Source of the DNA: Craspedostauros australis
Taxonomy: Eukaryota
Assembly (NCBI GenBank): GCA_030167865.1
Contig: JALAGF010001848.1
Location: forward strand, 62,001 to 126,000
DNA length: 64,000 nt
Direction of reading: 5' to 3'
Below the pieces are notes generated by a model, which had not been told where the DNA came from, made no database searches, and was given only the letters and a program-made list of their open reading frames with translations. Below, one piece after another: positions 34,678 to 44,981 of the stretch. Position 1 is the first letter of the stretch; each line of letters begins with the position of its first letter. Position numbers and translations under genes: made by a program.

Positions 34678-35704
34678 ATGAATGCCACAAGGTTGATCCG
34701 CTTCCCATCAGCGGCCGTCTCCGCGAATGTGGCGCGGAGGTTCCTCTCCAGCAACGGAGCTTCTGCAGCGCATGCAGGGTCTCTCTTGAATGGAGTCGCA
34801 AGCAGCAATGGTGGTGTTATCAACAGCAGATCCTTCTCCGCTGTTCCACAGAAGAAGCCACGAAGACGGCGCATTCTGGAAACGAAGGATCCCATCCAGC
34901 TGGTGAGTGCCTATCCGAGCATGTGCTGCTCGTCGTTTGATGAATACCTCAGCTTGACTTGTCATGTGGTCTGCGATCTCTATAATTGGACCAAACTGCA
35001 GGAACGACAGAGGAAAAGAAAAGAAAACGACGAGGAGCAAACTGGACAAACGGCGATGCGATGTGATGTGATGTGAGGCAACATCCCATGATGCAGTGTG
35101 CAAGGCACACAACTCGATGTGTAATGCGCAATGCGAATCATCTGGGTTGCGGCCAAACATTCTGTAGCGCCATGCCGTACGCATGCTATGGATCATTCCA
35201 CTCGTGATCAGCAACAAAACGCTCATCTGACCTGTCCCACTCTTTCCTTCAATCATTCGTCCATTCACTCGTTCATTTATTCATTTGGGCAAATCGAATG
35301 TGATGTGCTCCATTCCCCATGTTGTTTATATCGGATACGGACACCCACTCTTTCCTCGTTCTTTTTCTGATTCCATGTACTGTTTTCAGACGGACCGGGC
35401 AGCAGAAAGGATACAGGAATTGCTCTCCAGCGACAATGCGGAAGGCGCATTGGGAATACGGCTGGGCGTCAAACGAAGAGGATGCAACGGACTGTCCTAC
35501 ACATTGAATTACGCATTTGAAAAGCCGCCGAAGGACACTGCGATGACGTCGCACGGGGTCAACATCTTCATCGAGCCGATGGCCTTGTTCAACGTTGTTG
35601 GAACCGTCGTGGATTGGGAGGAGAATGAACTGGCCAGCGAATTCACCTTCAACAATCCCAATTCCAAAGGTGAATGCGGCTGTGGCGAGTCCTTCAACGT
35701 ATAG
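34678..35704 (+). CDS. ISCA1: Mitochondrial A-type Fe-S carrier IscA1, ~179 aa, 2 exons
   Basis: Exons 34678-34902 and 35390-35704; a phase-0 intron GTGAGT...TTTCAG gives [12 protein letters not shown]. Contains [12 protein letters not shown] and [14 protein letters not shown], behind an Arg/Ser/Ala-rich presequence. Confidence 0.94.
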
Positions 35705-36279
35705 CACCAATCGTATGATGAATTGCGACGACGCAGCCGCAGTCGCGAGATGAGGACCATCTAGCAATACGTAAGAAACGGTAGAGTGCTTCTTTGGAGC
35801 TTTTTCGAAGATGACGTGGTGCCATGTGTGCATTGGTGGGGCGTCCACAGCTGTGTTGAGCCATGAGATGAACAAAGCAAGGAAACACATCAGCCTTCAG
35901 TCTGCTATGCGAAACACCAACAATCGCAGCAGACCGGAGCAGAAATGATATGAATGGTCCCATTGTACTTCACCAACACAGCATAATAGTAGAATAGGTT
36001 GTGCACACAAGCAGTCCTTTGAAGTTCTATGAATGTTACTTGCTCAGATGACTGTCGCAGCAAATAGTACTTGAGGGTGGTGCCCGTTCCATTGCTGAGT
36101 GCACACGGTTACGGAAAGTTTGCTTCTTGTTATTCGGCTCGAACCGAATCTATTACTTGCACTAATTGTATTTTGTATCCTACGAGCTAGTCTCTCAAAG
36201 AGAGAAAGATGCAACTGGCTCTATGAACGATCTTTCAATCGCCAATCGCCAACACCTAGCAGCAACCTTCCCTCCTGCA

Positions 36280-38643
36280 CTACGCCAGAATGATCGTCTC
36301 GTAAGTTCCGCTGACCTGGCCGCTTGGTCGCACAAAGTAATGCTCCAAAAACTCAAGCATCAGAACGGCACAGAGGATCATCAACAGAGCCACAGCGGCC
36401 CATCCATAGGCCCAGCCATCGCCTCCCTGCTGGTCGCTGTCTACCGCGCTACCAACGATCCTCCAGACGATGGAGGCCATTGCGTACGCAACACCATCCG
36501 AGTAGGATGCGAAGAGCCCCGTGTTGCTGCCAAACATGATGCCCGCCAGTCCTGGCAGGATGTACAGCATAATGGCGATGCCGCATCCCATGGTGAACGA
36601 GAACAGCACCTGCAGGAATGACACCAGGCCAGGTTCGTTGATAGTCTGCTTGGTCTTGGAATGGCCAAGGAACGCCAGCGCATACACGGAGCAGATGGTG
36701 ACGACGTACATGCGGGAGACGATCCACTTGCGCTGACGCTCGCTTTGGTTCGCAAAGATCTGACCGCCAATCAGCAGGCCCATGATGTTCCCGAACGAGA
36801 GATAGGCCGCCATGCCAGCTGCTTCGTTCTTCGTGAGCGTGCCATCGGATGTGCTGTAGTAGTACTCTCCCAGCATACGGTCTGAAGACCGGATCATGGA
36901 CGATCCCGTGTGTGCCAACGAAAAGATCCAGAACGCCCCGCTCTTCAGGACCATGCTGAGGGACGGGATGAGGTTCTTGCGGATAAAGGATTGGAAGATT
37001 CGGAGCACGAGGATGGTGGATTGCAGGGGATTTGCCCAGCATTTCACGGACTCCAGCTTGGCGGAGAGCAAGGGATCCATGCCGTTCTTTGCGGCATTGA
37101 GCTGATCGGGCGAGTCCGTCACGTACAGAAAGTAAATGGATGACGCGATCAGCGACGCCCAAGCTGCGCCCAACGACACCACCCTCCAGTGCAGCGTTTG
37201 AAGCAAGTTCGAGAACATGGAGATGCCGACGAGGGACCCCAGCCTTGCGGCGATGGAGAGGATATTGATTGCATTCTCATATTCATGGAATGATCGTTGC
37301 CTCTGTTCGTCGGAGTTGTAGTGGGAGGAGAGGATGATGAGGACGCAAGGCCATTGCACGGACTGGCAGAAGTCGACCATGAAACATCCCCACAGTGCGT
37401 GATTGGACGATTGCGATGCTGATAGGTACATCAGAGCCAGTGACAGCATCATGGAGTAAGCCCACAGCGTTCGCCGCGCTCCGAACACGTCGCCAGCGGG
37501 TCCATTCAGAAACTTGCCACAGGCAGTGCCAAGCACGGACGAGGCAACTGCGTGCGAGGCGAAGGCCGTCCCTTGAACGGAGTCCGCTGCATGGAATTTA
37601 TCGCTGATGATTGGCACGAGGATGACAGGTGCCATCGATGCCAGCGTTGCGAGCGAGTAGGCCGCGAAAAGCGCCATGTTGAGCTTGTTCCATGCACCGG
37701 CAGAGAAGAGGGACACAGTTGGTTCGTCATTGCGTCTGTAGTAATCAACCGGAACGGTCGGCTCGTCATCTTCATACATGAAGCCGAAGAAGAAGTCGAG
37801 CATCTTTGCGACGAAGGTCTCTTCCTCGTGGCTTGTGAAGGACTCCTCCAGCCGTTGTTTCCTCGTCCTTCTCGCAGCGCTACTAGCCGATAACTTGCCA
37901 TCCTGGATGTTGTCGCTACCCCAAAGCACTTCGTTCGCGTTGGTACTGAAGCGACGAGGAGACTCGGTATCTGTAGTTGTGCGATATCCACGAATTGATG
38001 CCGATGACAACGGCGACCACGACGACGCCGTCGACACTGACGCTGACGTCGACATTGATGAAACGCCGCTCCTGTATCGTGCACGTGGTGTCTGCTGGCG
38101 TCGTTGCTGATCTGTGTTGGGCCTTGTCTGTTGTGGCCGTATGCGGTGAATCGTTTGGATGAGCCTGGTCGATGAGGTTTGCAGAAAGCCCGATCGGCGA
38201 CCGACGGTGTGATGCAGCGGGCGTCGAGGCAATGGGATGGCCCAGCTTCCACCGATGCTATCGTTCTCGTCATCAGGATTGCCGTGATCGGCACTTTCAT
38301 TTTCGTTGTCGTCACTGTTGTCCATGCTGCTCTGCATGCGTGTGTGCATTCGCATTTGGCTATGCACGCCCGCATGCTTGTTGCTGTTGCTCATGTTGGT
38401 GGTAAAGCTGGTGAGTGTGGTGCCATAGCCTTGATCGGCATCGTTGGCTGTTGAAGAGGTCGATGGTGATAGCGTGGATGCAAGCATGCGTGTTGATTTC
38501 TGACTTGGTGATGCGTAGTCCTCAATGTGCACTGCAAGAGACGAGGGAGTTTGCGACCTTGCATGTAATGGTGAATGCAACGGTGAATGAAACTGCGAAG
38601 TCGATCCTGATGATGTTGGATCTCCATCGTCAGAAGCCTCCAT
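36280..38643 (-). CDS. MFS transporter (OPA/GlpT-SLC37-like motifs) with ~320-aa disordered N-terminal extension, 787 aa
   Basis: About 12 hydrophobic segments in the C-terminal ~460 aa. GKFLNGPAGDVFGAR matches MFS motif A and QSVQWP resembles OPA-family QxxGWP. Substrate unknown. Confidence 0.8.
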   Translation of the reverse strand: MEASDDGDPTSSGSTSQFHSPLHSPLHARSQTPSSLAVHIEDYASPSQKSTRMLASTLSPSTSSTANDADQGYGTTLTSFTTNMSNSNKHAGVHSQMRMHTRMQSSMDNSDDNENESADHGNPDDENDSIGGSWAIPLPRRPLHHTVGRRSGFLQTSSTRLIQTIHRIRPQQTRPNTDQQRRQQTPRARYRSGVSSMSTSASVSTASSWSPLSSASIRGYRTTTDTESPRRFSTNANEVLWGSDNIQDGKLSASSAARRTRKQRLEESFTSHEEETFVAKMLDFFFGFMYEDDEPTVPVDYYRRNDEPTVSLFSAGAWNKLNMALFAAYSLATLASMAPVILVPIISDKFHAADSVQGTAFASHAVASSVLGTACGKFLNGPAGDVFGARRTLWAYSMMLSLALMYLSASQSSNHALWGCFMVDFCQSVQWPCVLIILSSHYNSDEQRQRSFHEYENAINILSIAARLGSLVGISMFSNLLQTLHWRVVSLGAAWASLIASSIYFLYVTDSPDQLNAAKNGMDPLLSAKLESVKCWANPLQSTILVLRIFQSFIRKNLIPSLSMVLKSGAFWIFSLAHTGSSMIRSSDRMLGEYYYSTSDGTLTKNEAAGMAAYLSFGNIMGLLIGGQIFANQSERQRKWIVSRMYVVTICSVYALAFLGHSKTKQTINEPGLVSFLQVLFSFTMGCGIAIMLYILPGLAGIMFGSNTGLFASYSDGVAYAMASIVWRIVGSAVDSDQQGGDGWAYGWAAVALLMILCAVLMLEFLEHYFVRPSGQVSGTYETIILA

Positions 38644-39915
38644 GTTCGTTCCCCTCCCAACCCAAATCGCTCAACCTCCAAGTACCCTAGGTATTACTCG
38701 ATATTGGCACTCTGCCTTCCACGCTCGCCGTTCCTTTCGTATGCATACGAGTATGCGATGACTGCAAAGGCGCTGTGCGTGGCAGTATCCGCAGTCGTGG
38801 CCTGGCTTGGTTCCGCGTGTTCACTTCCCTCTCCATCCACTCCCACCAATGCGATTACTCTGTGTTTGTTGGCTGCATGGGAAATCGCTCTCCCCTGCTT
38901 TGGTTGGCACTTCTGTTGCTGTTGTCTCTTTTGTCTTTTCCACAAATGTAGCTTGCGTTGTGCAATTCTTTGCTTTGCTAGTCTCTTCTATTCTCTTCTA
39001 TTCTCTGTTCTACGAGTATGGTATAATATGTACTAACAGTATGAGTAACTTGCTATACATAATAGTGGTCTGGCAGCTTCGTTCATCAGCCTTGGCCAGC
39101 TCCATCTCCAGCTCCAACCAATGACCACATAACCACCGATACTTGATCAGACACCACACACACGCAAAGAGGTCGAGCGCATCGTGTGTGATGGACACGG
39201 ACACGAATGAAGCGATCTCAGTCACGTATCATAGATAGTGTCTAGTTCGTGGCTGGCTCGCGTCCACACGTGAAAGCGGAAGCGTTGCGGTTGGAAACGG
39301 GACTGGCCTGTGATCCGCCCACCCACGACTTCCAGGCTACATAAGAAGTCTAGATAAACATGGTGGAATTGATTCATAAAACATCCAGACTACTCCACAT
39401 GCATACCCGTACATGCAGAGCACAAACTGCACCATTACATGCGCAAATGTCAGATCGAGGTTGATGGATTCAGCTCGATGACAGCGAGGGGAGGATACGT
39501 CAAGTAGAGGGCTTCATCGTCACCTTCCAGTTGTGCGGATGTGAGAGGTGGCCCAGCCGTGTTTCTTGTTTTGGTTGTCACGATGTTGGGAGGACTGCGG
39601 CAAAAAGTAGAACTTTGTCGCGAATTCGTGGAAGAGAAGGGGGATCCAAACACAACAACAATCTTCCTGGAGCACTCAATGAAGCAAGGCAGCGTTCCTG
39701 TGCCGGTTCCCTCTCGATCATTCCGCATCGCATCTGCCGCCGCCTCACCGATCATCATCGTTTGATAGAGTGCGAGTGCTCCGAAGCGGCTTGCAATCTA
39801 TTATACGTCAATCATATCAAGCGCCAGTCGTAGTATCAGCGATACAACACTCTCCAACCTCTCTGTCCACTCGTACAATACCATTATACTGTAATAGCAA
39901 TACGATTCGCACAAG

Positions 39916-40761
39916 ATGTCAGATACAGCCTCCTTCGTCGATCCAGTCTTTCTGGCGCGGTTCGGGCTGTCCAGAGTGAACGTGCTGGATTACTTCCTGC
40001 ATCCGCTGAATCCCTTCCGCACGAAGGTCAACACGAGCAATGAGGTGCTGGGGATGCAGGGCATCGCCATCGGCGTTCTCGTGCAGCAGGGCACCAACGG
40101 AATCCCCATGACGCCGCAGGCAGCAGAGGAGGAGTACACGAGAGCGTTGACGCGGTTGACGGGGGAGCAGTACGAGTTGATGCCGCCCGTCGACCCCGCC
40201 TTCTACATCCAGCCATCGCCGCTCTATACCATCCGCCACGTTCTCAGAACGGGCCGCAGGGTGTCGGACGTCAAGGTCCTGGGCATCTACTACGTGGTGG
40301 AAGGTGTCATTTACAAATCCCCTTCCATGCGATCGTTGATGAAGACCAACGTCGCTCGGACTCTCGAGGGATTGGCGGGCGCGAGCGCCGCGCTCTCGCA
40401 GTGTGCACGGTATCAGCCGTCCTTCGACTACAGCTGGAACTTCGCGGATGATGATGACACGGTGGATCCCGTGCAGCAGCTCAAGAATCAGAAGGCAGTG
40501 CGACGTCGCAGGATCCTCGACGGCAGGGCGCCCGGCGAAAGAACGGAGGCTGAAGAGGAAGGTCTGCGCGCGTCGCTGGCCATCGATCAGATCCTCGTGA
40601 GACTGAGCAAAAGCCGCTTCGTCTCGTCTTCTGCGCCGGTTACTTCGGCTGCAACGGCGGCATCCTCAACGACGATGCAATCCACAGCCACGATACCCAC
40701 GATCACGCCGGCCACTGGAACGCCGACAAAACCAAGCACGCCCACGGTTGGAGGTGGGTGA
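39916..40761 (+). CDS. MED6: Mediator complex subunit 6, 281 aa
   Basis: NVLDYF..PLNPF...SNEVLGMQ, GEQYEL, PLYTIRH and LGIYYVVEGVIYKSPS match the Med6 pattern. Confidence 0.8.
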   Translation: MSDTASFVDPVFLARFGLSRVNVLDYFLHPLNPFRTKVNTSNEVLGMQGIAIGVLVQQGTNGIPMTPQAAEEEYTRALTRLTGEQYELMPPVDPAFYIQPSPLYTIRHVLRTGRRVSDVKVLGIYYVVEGVIYKSPSMRSLMKTNVARTLEGLAGASAALSQCARYQPSFDYSWNFADDDDTVDPVQQLKNQKAVRRRRILDGRAPGERTEAEEEGLRASLAIDQILVRLSKSRFVSSSAPVTSAATAASSTTMQSTATIPTITPATGTPTKPSTPTVGGG

Positions 40762-41827
40762 ACTGTGGCTCTCTGATGAATACGATGTTGGCAACTGCAG
40801 TTGCGTTCATCCTGCCAAGTTGCCAAAGATCCATTCTCTCGCTAACATCGAGCGAATGCAGTTCCGGAATAGTGAAGTACATGCACCGCACCTGCCGTGC
40901 CACACCGTATCAAATCAGTAGAGAAGCTGTAGCCGCACTCTGTGCGATGGCGACTATTGATCGGAGTTGTGTAAAACACGTGTGGCATGCGATCTTCGTG
41001 AGAGTAGTCTGGATCTCATGCTAAGATTAACTCCTCCAGAGGATTGTCCCATGCCACCATATGCCATGTCGTTCCATTCATATTCATCTTCGTCTTGTGC
41101 ACGAGTACAACATCCAGCCAGCCAGCCACAGTACTCGTAGATAATTATCTCTCTTGACAACCATGAGACAAAGCACATAGGACCACTGCAACATCATTGC
41201 CGTTGAGTGATCTACTCTGGAGAGTATGTACTCCAGCCCACGGTCTCGTTCATCGTCGACATTGATCATTGGAAGTGAGCATGCTGTATCGCGACACAGA
41301 TGATACGTACATACTCGTTGTACACAGTTACACATGATACTACTCGAGCCTCAAGCATGTGGCGAACGTATTCAATTCATGCATCCAACCGGATTGTACA
41401 TGACGCCGTATCCTTGGATTGGACCAACCTACGCAGCAATGCGTCACGGATCAAGAGGTCAGCCCGACGGCTGCTCATGTGTGCGTGTGTTTGTCATGCG
41501 ATTATCTTTCTCTCTGGAGAAAGGGAGAGTCTTGCTTTTTGGTTTTATACACAAAGATGAATCGCGATGGGGAAGCACCAACTGCATCCACGTCTATTTC
41601 TACACCGACACGAAGAGAGCATCATATAGTATCAATCCATGTGACTGTTCTGGCACAATTGAGTGTATGATGACTCTGGCTTTGATGGAATGCTTCATCC
41701 AATCTTGCTATTGCACAATCCCATTCGGCGACTGCGGCGACGAACCCGTCGACGCCTGTCTTCTTTCAGTCCAACTCATCGCGGGTCCCCTTTGAAGTCA
41801 CTACAAGCCAGGTCCGAAGCTTTCCTT

Positions 41828-44407
41828 TTACGATACATTCATACTGGCGGGGTCCGTCGGCTGTGTGGCGACAGCAGGTGCAGCCGTAGGCTGGGGAACG
41901 GCGGCGGGTGCTGCTCCTGCAACAGCCGCTTGGCCAGAAACAGCTGGCGCAGCGAGGATGGGTGTTCCGTCCTCCGCCATACCCTCGTCCTCCTTGTTTT
42001 GCAGAGGCAACACAGCATTAACTCTATCCTCCAGTGCGTTTGCTCCCATTTCAGGCTCAATCTCCGTTTGCACGCCAACCTGCATTGTTGTGCGTTGTTG
42101 CATAAAATAAAACGATGAAATGATGACGGTGGGGAAATAATTGCAGTGAGCGATTGTGAGTGGGATGAGTCATCGGTGTGACAGCCATTTGCACGTGATG
42201 ACTTGTATGACATCCAATATGCACAAACGCAGGCGAATGGGCAGACATACTATACGAGTTATAGTGAAGCTTGCGCTCCAACACACACCCGCATGGCGTC
42301 TTCGTCATCGGACAAACAACAACAACAACAACAACACCAACAACAACGGCATTCATCTGCATTGCACCACAGCTGCATGCACTTACGTAGTTGACGATGC
42401 AATTGTCGGAGTCACGAAGTGCCGCGACGAAGAACTGGTTCCAGAACGGTGTTCCATCTGCCTTGTAGTTCAGGATGCACGTCGTGCAGTCCGCTCCCGT
42501 GGCAATCGCTTTGCGGATGATATCCACGTGCTTCGGGTTGGTCCCAGGACCTTGGAGGAAGCGGCAGTTGCGTCCGAGCACCTGCTCTTGCGTGTAGCCA
42601 GTGAGCTTGTAGAATCCCGGCGTCGCGAAAACGATGGGGTTGTCTGGTAACCTGGGATCGGAGAGGACGAAGTTCTGCTGGCCCGACGAGAGGCTGGTCA
42701 TGAGAGAAAAGTCTGACTTGACGAGCGTGGTGGCGGGCTTTGGTTTCGTTTCCGCCTCTATTTCCAGCTCGCCGTCTGCAAACAGCGGGCTGGACTGGCA
42801 GCATTCGGATATTATCTTCTGCGCGTGTTCCGGTACATTGTCCTGAACGAGCGTTCTGAGTCGTTGATTCTCCTTTTGCAGCTGCAGCACCTGCTCCTGA
42901 AGCGATTCGAGCATGAATTTCTTGCGGACGCGGCTGCGTTTGGCGTGTTCGCGGTTCCGCAGCCGACGTTCCGCGATGGCCTGATCTGTCATGGCTCCCC
43001 CTTGCGGTGCGCCCCACATGTGAAACTGTCCCGGTGCGCTCGTCCTCGCCGCTTGTGCCGTCGCTGGTGCTACGCCGCCCATTCCACCAAGCCGAATGCC
43101 CACACCGATCGGCAGAGAGATGCCGCTTGTTGCTGTATGTGCTCCCAGATGAGGGGCGCCCATTGGTGTCACCATCCCCGTCCTCGCCATACCTGGGGCG
43201 GCGACTGGGAACGGAACGCCAAGCCTGCTCGTGAGTCCTCCGGCACCAGGCGCTGCCAACGGAGCTTGTATCTTGGTGCGTTTCGTCGGTGGTGCGATGT
43301 GCTGGTAGTGCTGGATGCCTGGTGCGGCGGCTACCTGTGGCACCTGCTGCGTTGCCGTGGCATGGAAGGTCGTTTTGATTCCACCCGTTGGCAATTTGTT
43401 CGGTGCTGGGGCCCCGGCTACCGCTGCCGGTTGCGGTGCTGGCTGTGCCATAATATTGGTGCCGGCTAGCCCCGTCACCATCGCCTGTCCTGGGATGGCA
43501 ACTCCCGCTGGTGCTGCGACCATCGCCGTCCCTGGTGCCACCCCTGTGGGTGCAAACTGCGTTGGTACTGGTGCTGATGCTGGCTGGAGTTGTCCCATCG
43601 CAATTCCCGCAGGTTGGTCCATCCCGGGCACCTGGGCGGGTGCGATTGCAACTGCTGCAGCTGGCGCTGTTGCCACAGCTTGTTGAGTGATGGCGATGGA
43701 TGCTGCTCCACCGCCGTAGTTCGCCATCGAGCTGGTGTATGCGTTCAACGGGTCCTCGAAGCCTTCGCTAATGAAGTAGTCCTGGAAGATCTCGTTGAGG
43801 TCGAAGTCATCCTGTGATTTGCAAAGGATAGGTCGTGAAGGTTATGTGTGTCATTCGTGTCATTGACCATGCATGTTGTGCATGGTGGGGCAATGAAGTC
43901 GCATCATGCCGGAGTAAGGGAAGCCAAGTAGTCATACACACGAACAACAAGGCGGAAGTCCATTGAAGATAGCCGAGTTGGAGCACGCGATGGTGAGTGT
44001 GCAAAGAAATGAAATGAATTGAAGGAGGGGAGAGTGGAATGGAGAATAGCTCATGAGGCAATTGTTTGGGGATTGGCTTCTGGTGACCTAGCATGGTGCG
44101 TAGTCATCGGAGGAATCCTAATAGACGAAGGACCCCTCCACCGCGTCATTCCATCCAGAGATGTGTGTATGGCACCACACTCCAGACATACTTCAGAGCC
44201 GAACAGGCCAACGAATGACTCCTAAATGGGAGAGACCTGGAAGTGTGCAGAGCGGTCGCGATTGCGCGTGTGACTCCGCAATGGCATTTGAAGCATCAGC
44301 TGCAAGCACATGCCAACAGCGCGATGGTTTTGAAAGCGACTTACCTGGTTCTGTCCCTGGGTGGCCGACGCCGCAGCAAACAACGGTTTCTGGACCTCAT
44401 TGGTCAT
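41828..44407 (-). CDS. AUREO1: Aureochrome (bZIP-LOV blue-light-regulated transcription factor), class 1, ~579 aa, 3 exons
   Basis: Exons 44407-44345, 43811-42387 and 42079-41828 (both donors GTAAGT, CAG acceptors, phase 0). bZIP: ERRLRNREHAKRSRVRKKFMLESLQ. LOV: NFVLSDPRLPDNPIVF...GRNCRFLQG...NYKADGTPFWN...NY|VGVQ. Subclass (possibly 1b) not established. Confidence 0.95.
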
Positions 44408-44928
44408 GTTGTCTGATGTAGTCGTTCAGGTGCTTCGTCGCTGATATGTGTTCCAAGTGGAAGTTTCGTGTGGTTCTTCTGCCTCCCTTCCCTGTTTGGT
44501 GACACGGATGTGCACAATCTGGGTTGGTTGCGGATGGGTCTGCAGTGAAAGTCCGATGACCTCTCCGTTGTTGAGTGTTCAGTGTTGACGCTTGATGGCG
44601 ATGGTCCTGATACGAACTGCTGCGCTTTGATGCAGAATTCGGATACAGAACAAGGATCCGAAATGGAGCTACAGGCGAACGCTGCGGATGGTGTGGACGG
44701 CCCAAGTTCGCCGCCGTCGTCTCTCGTGAGGGTGCCGCGTGCTGCAACAGAGGGCACTCCGAGTATTTCCGTAAAGTAGAGTAGAACAGAGAAGCCGTCT
44801 CTCGACAACCCTTGTCGCCTTGGGCTGCAGAGGTCGATAAAGTGCTGAGATTGATGCTGCGCTGCCAAACAGGAGGACAGGGGCGGACGGAGCTGTTGCC
44901 TCCTCTCTTCGTTTTTGGTGCTTCTCGA

Positions 44929-44981
44929 TGCGTCGTTGCCTTGTTGCGTCGTTGCCTTGTTGCGTCGTTGCCTTGTTGCGT
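44929..44981. repeat. 16-bp tandem repeat, 3 copies (TGCGTCGTTGCCTTGT), upstream of aureochrome
   Basis: tgcgtcgttgccttgt repeated three times, followed by tgcgt. Confidence 0.9.

Noticed and set aside
34337..34681. 114-aa ORF whose stop overlaps the ISCA1 start (ATGA)
   Set aside because: Operon-like overlap is not meaningful in a nuclear gene here; no motifs; it probably spans promoter and 5' UTR.
44339..44348. ACTTACCTGG matching the U1 snRNA 5' end
   Set aside because: It is the reverse complement of the aureochrome exon 1 donor (CCAG|GTAAGT); no U1 body follows.
44929..44981. Direct repeats considered as a CRISPR-like array
   Set aside because: The repeats are contiguous with no spacers, there are no cas genes, and the context is eukaryotic.
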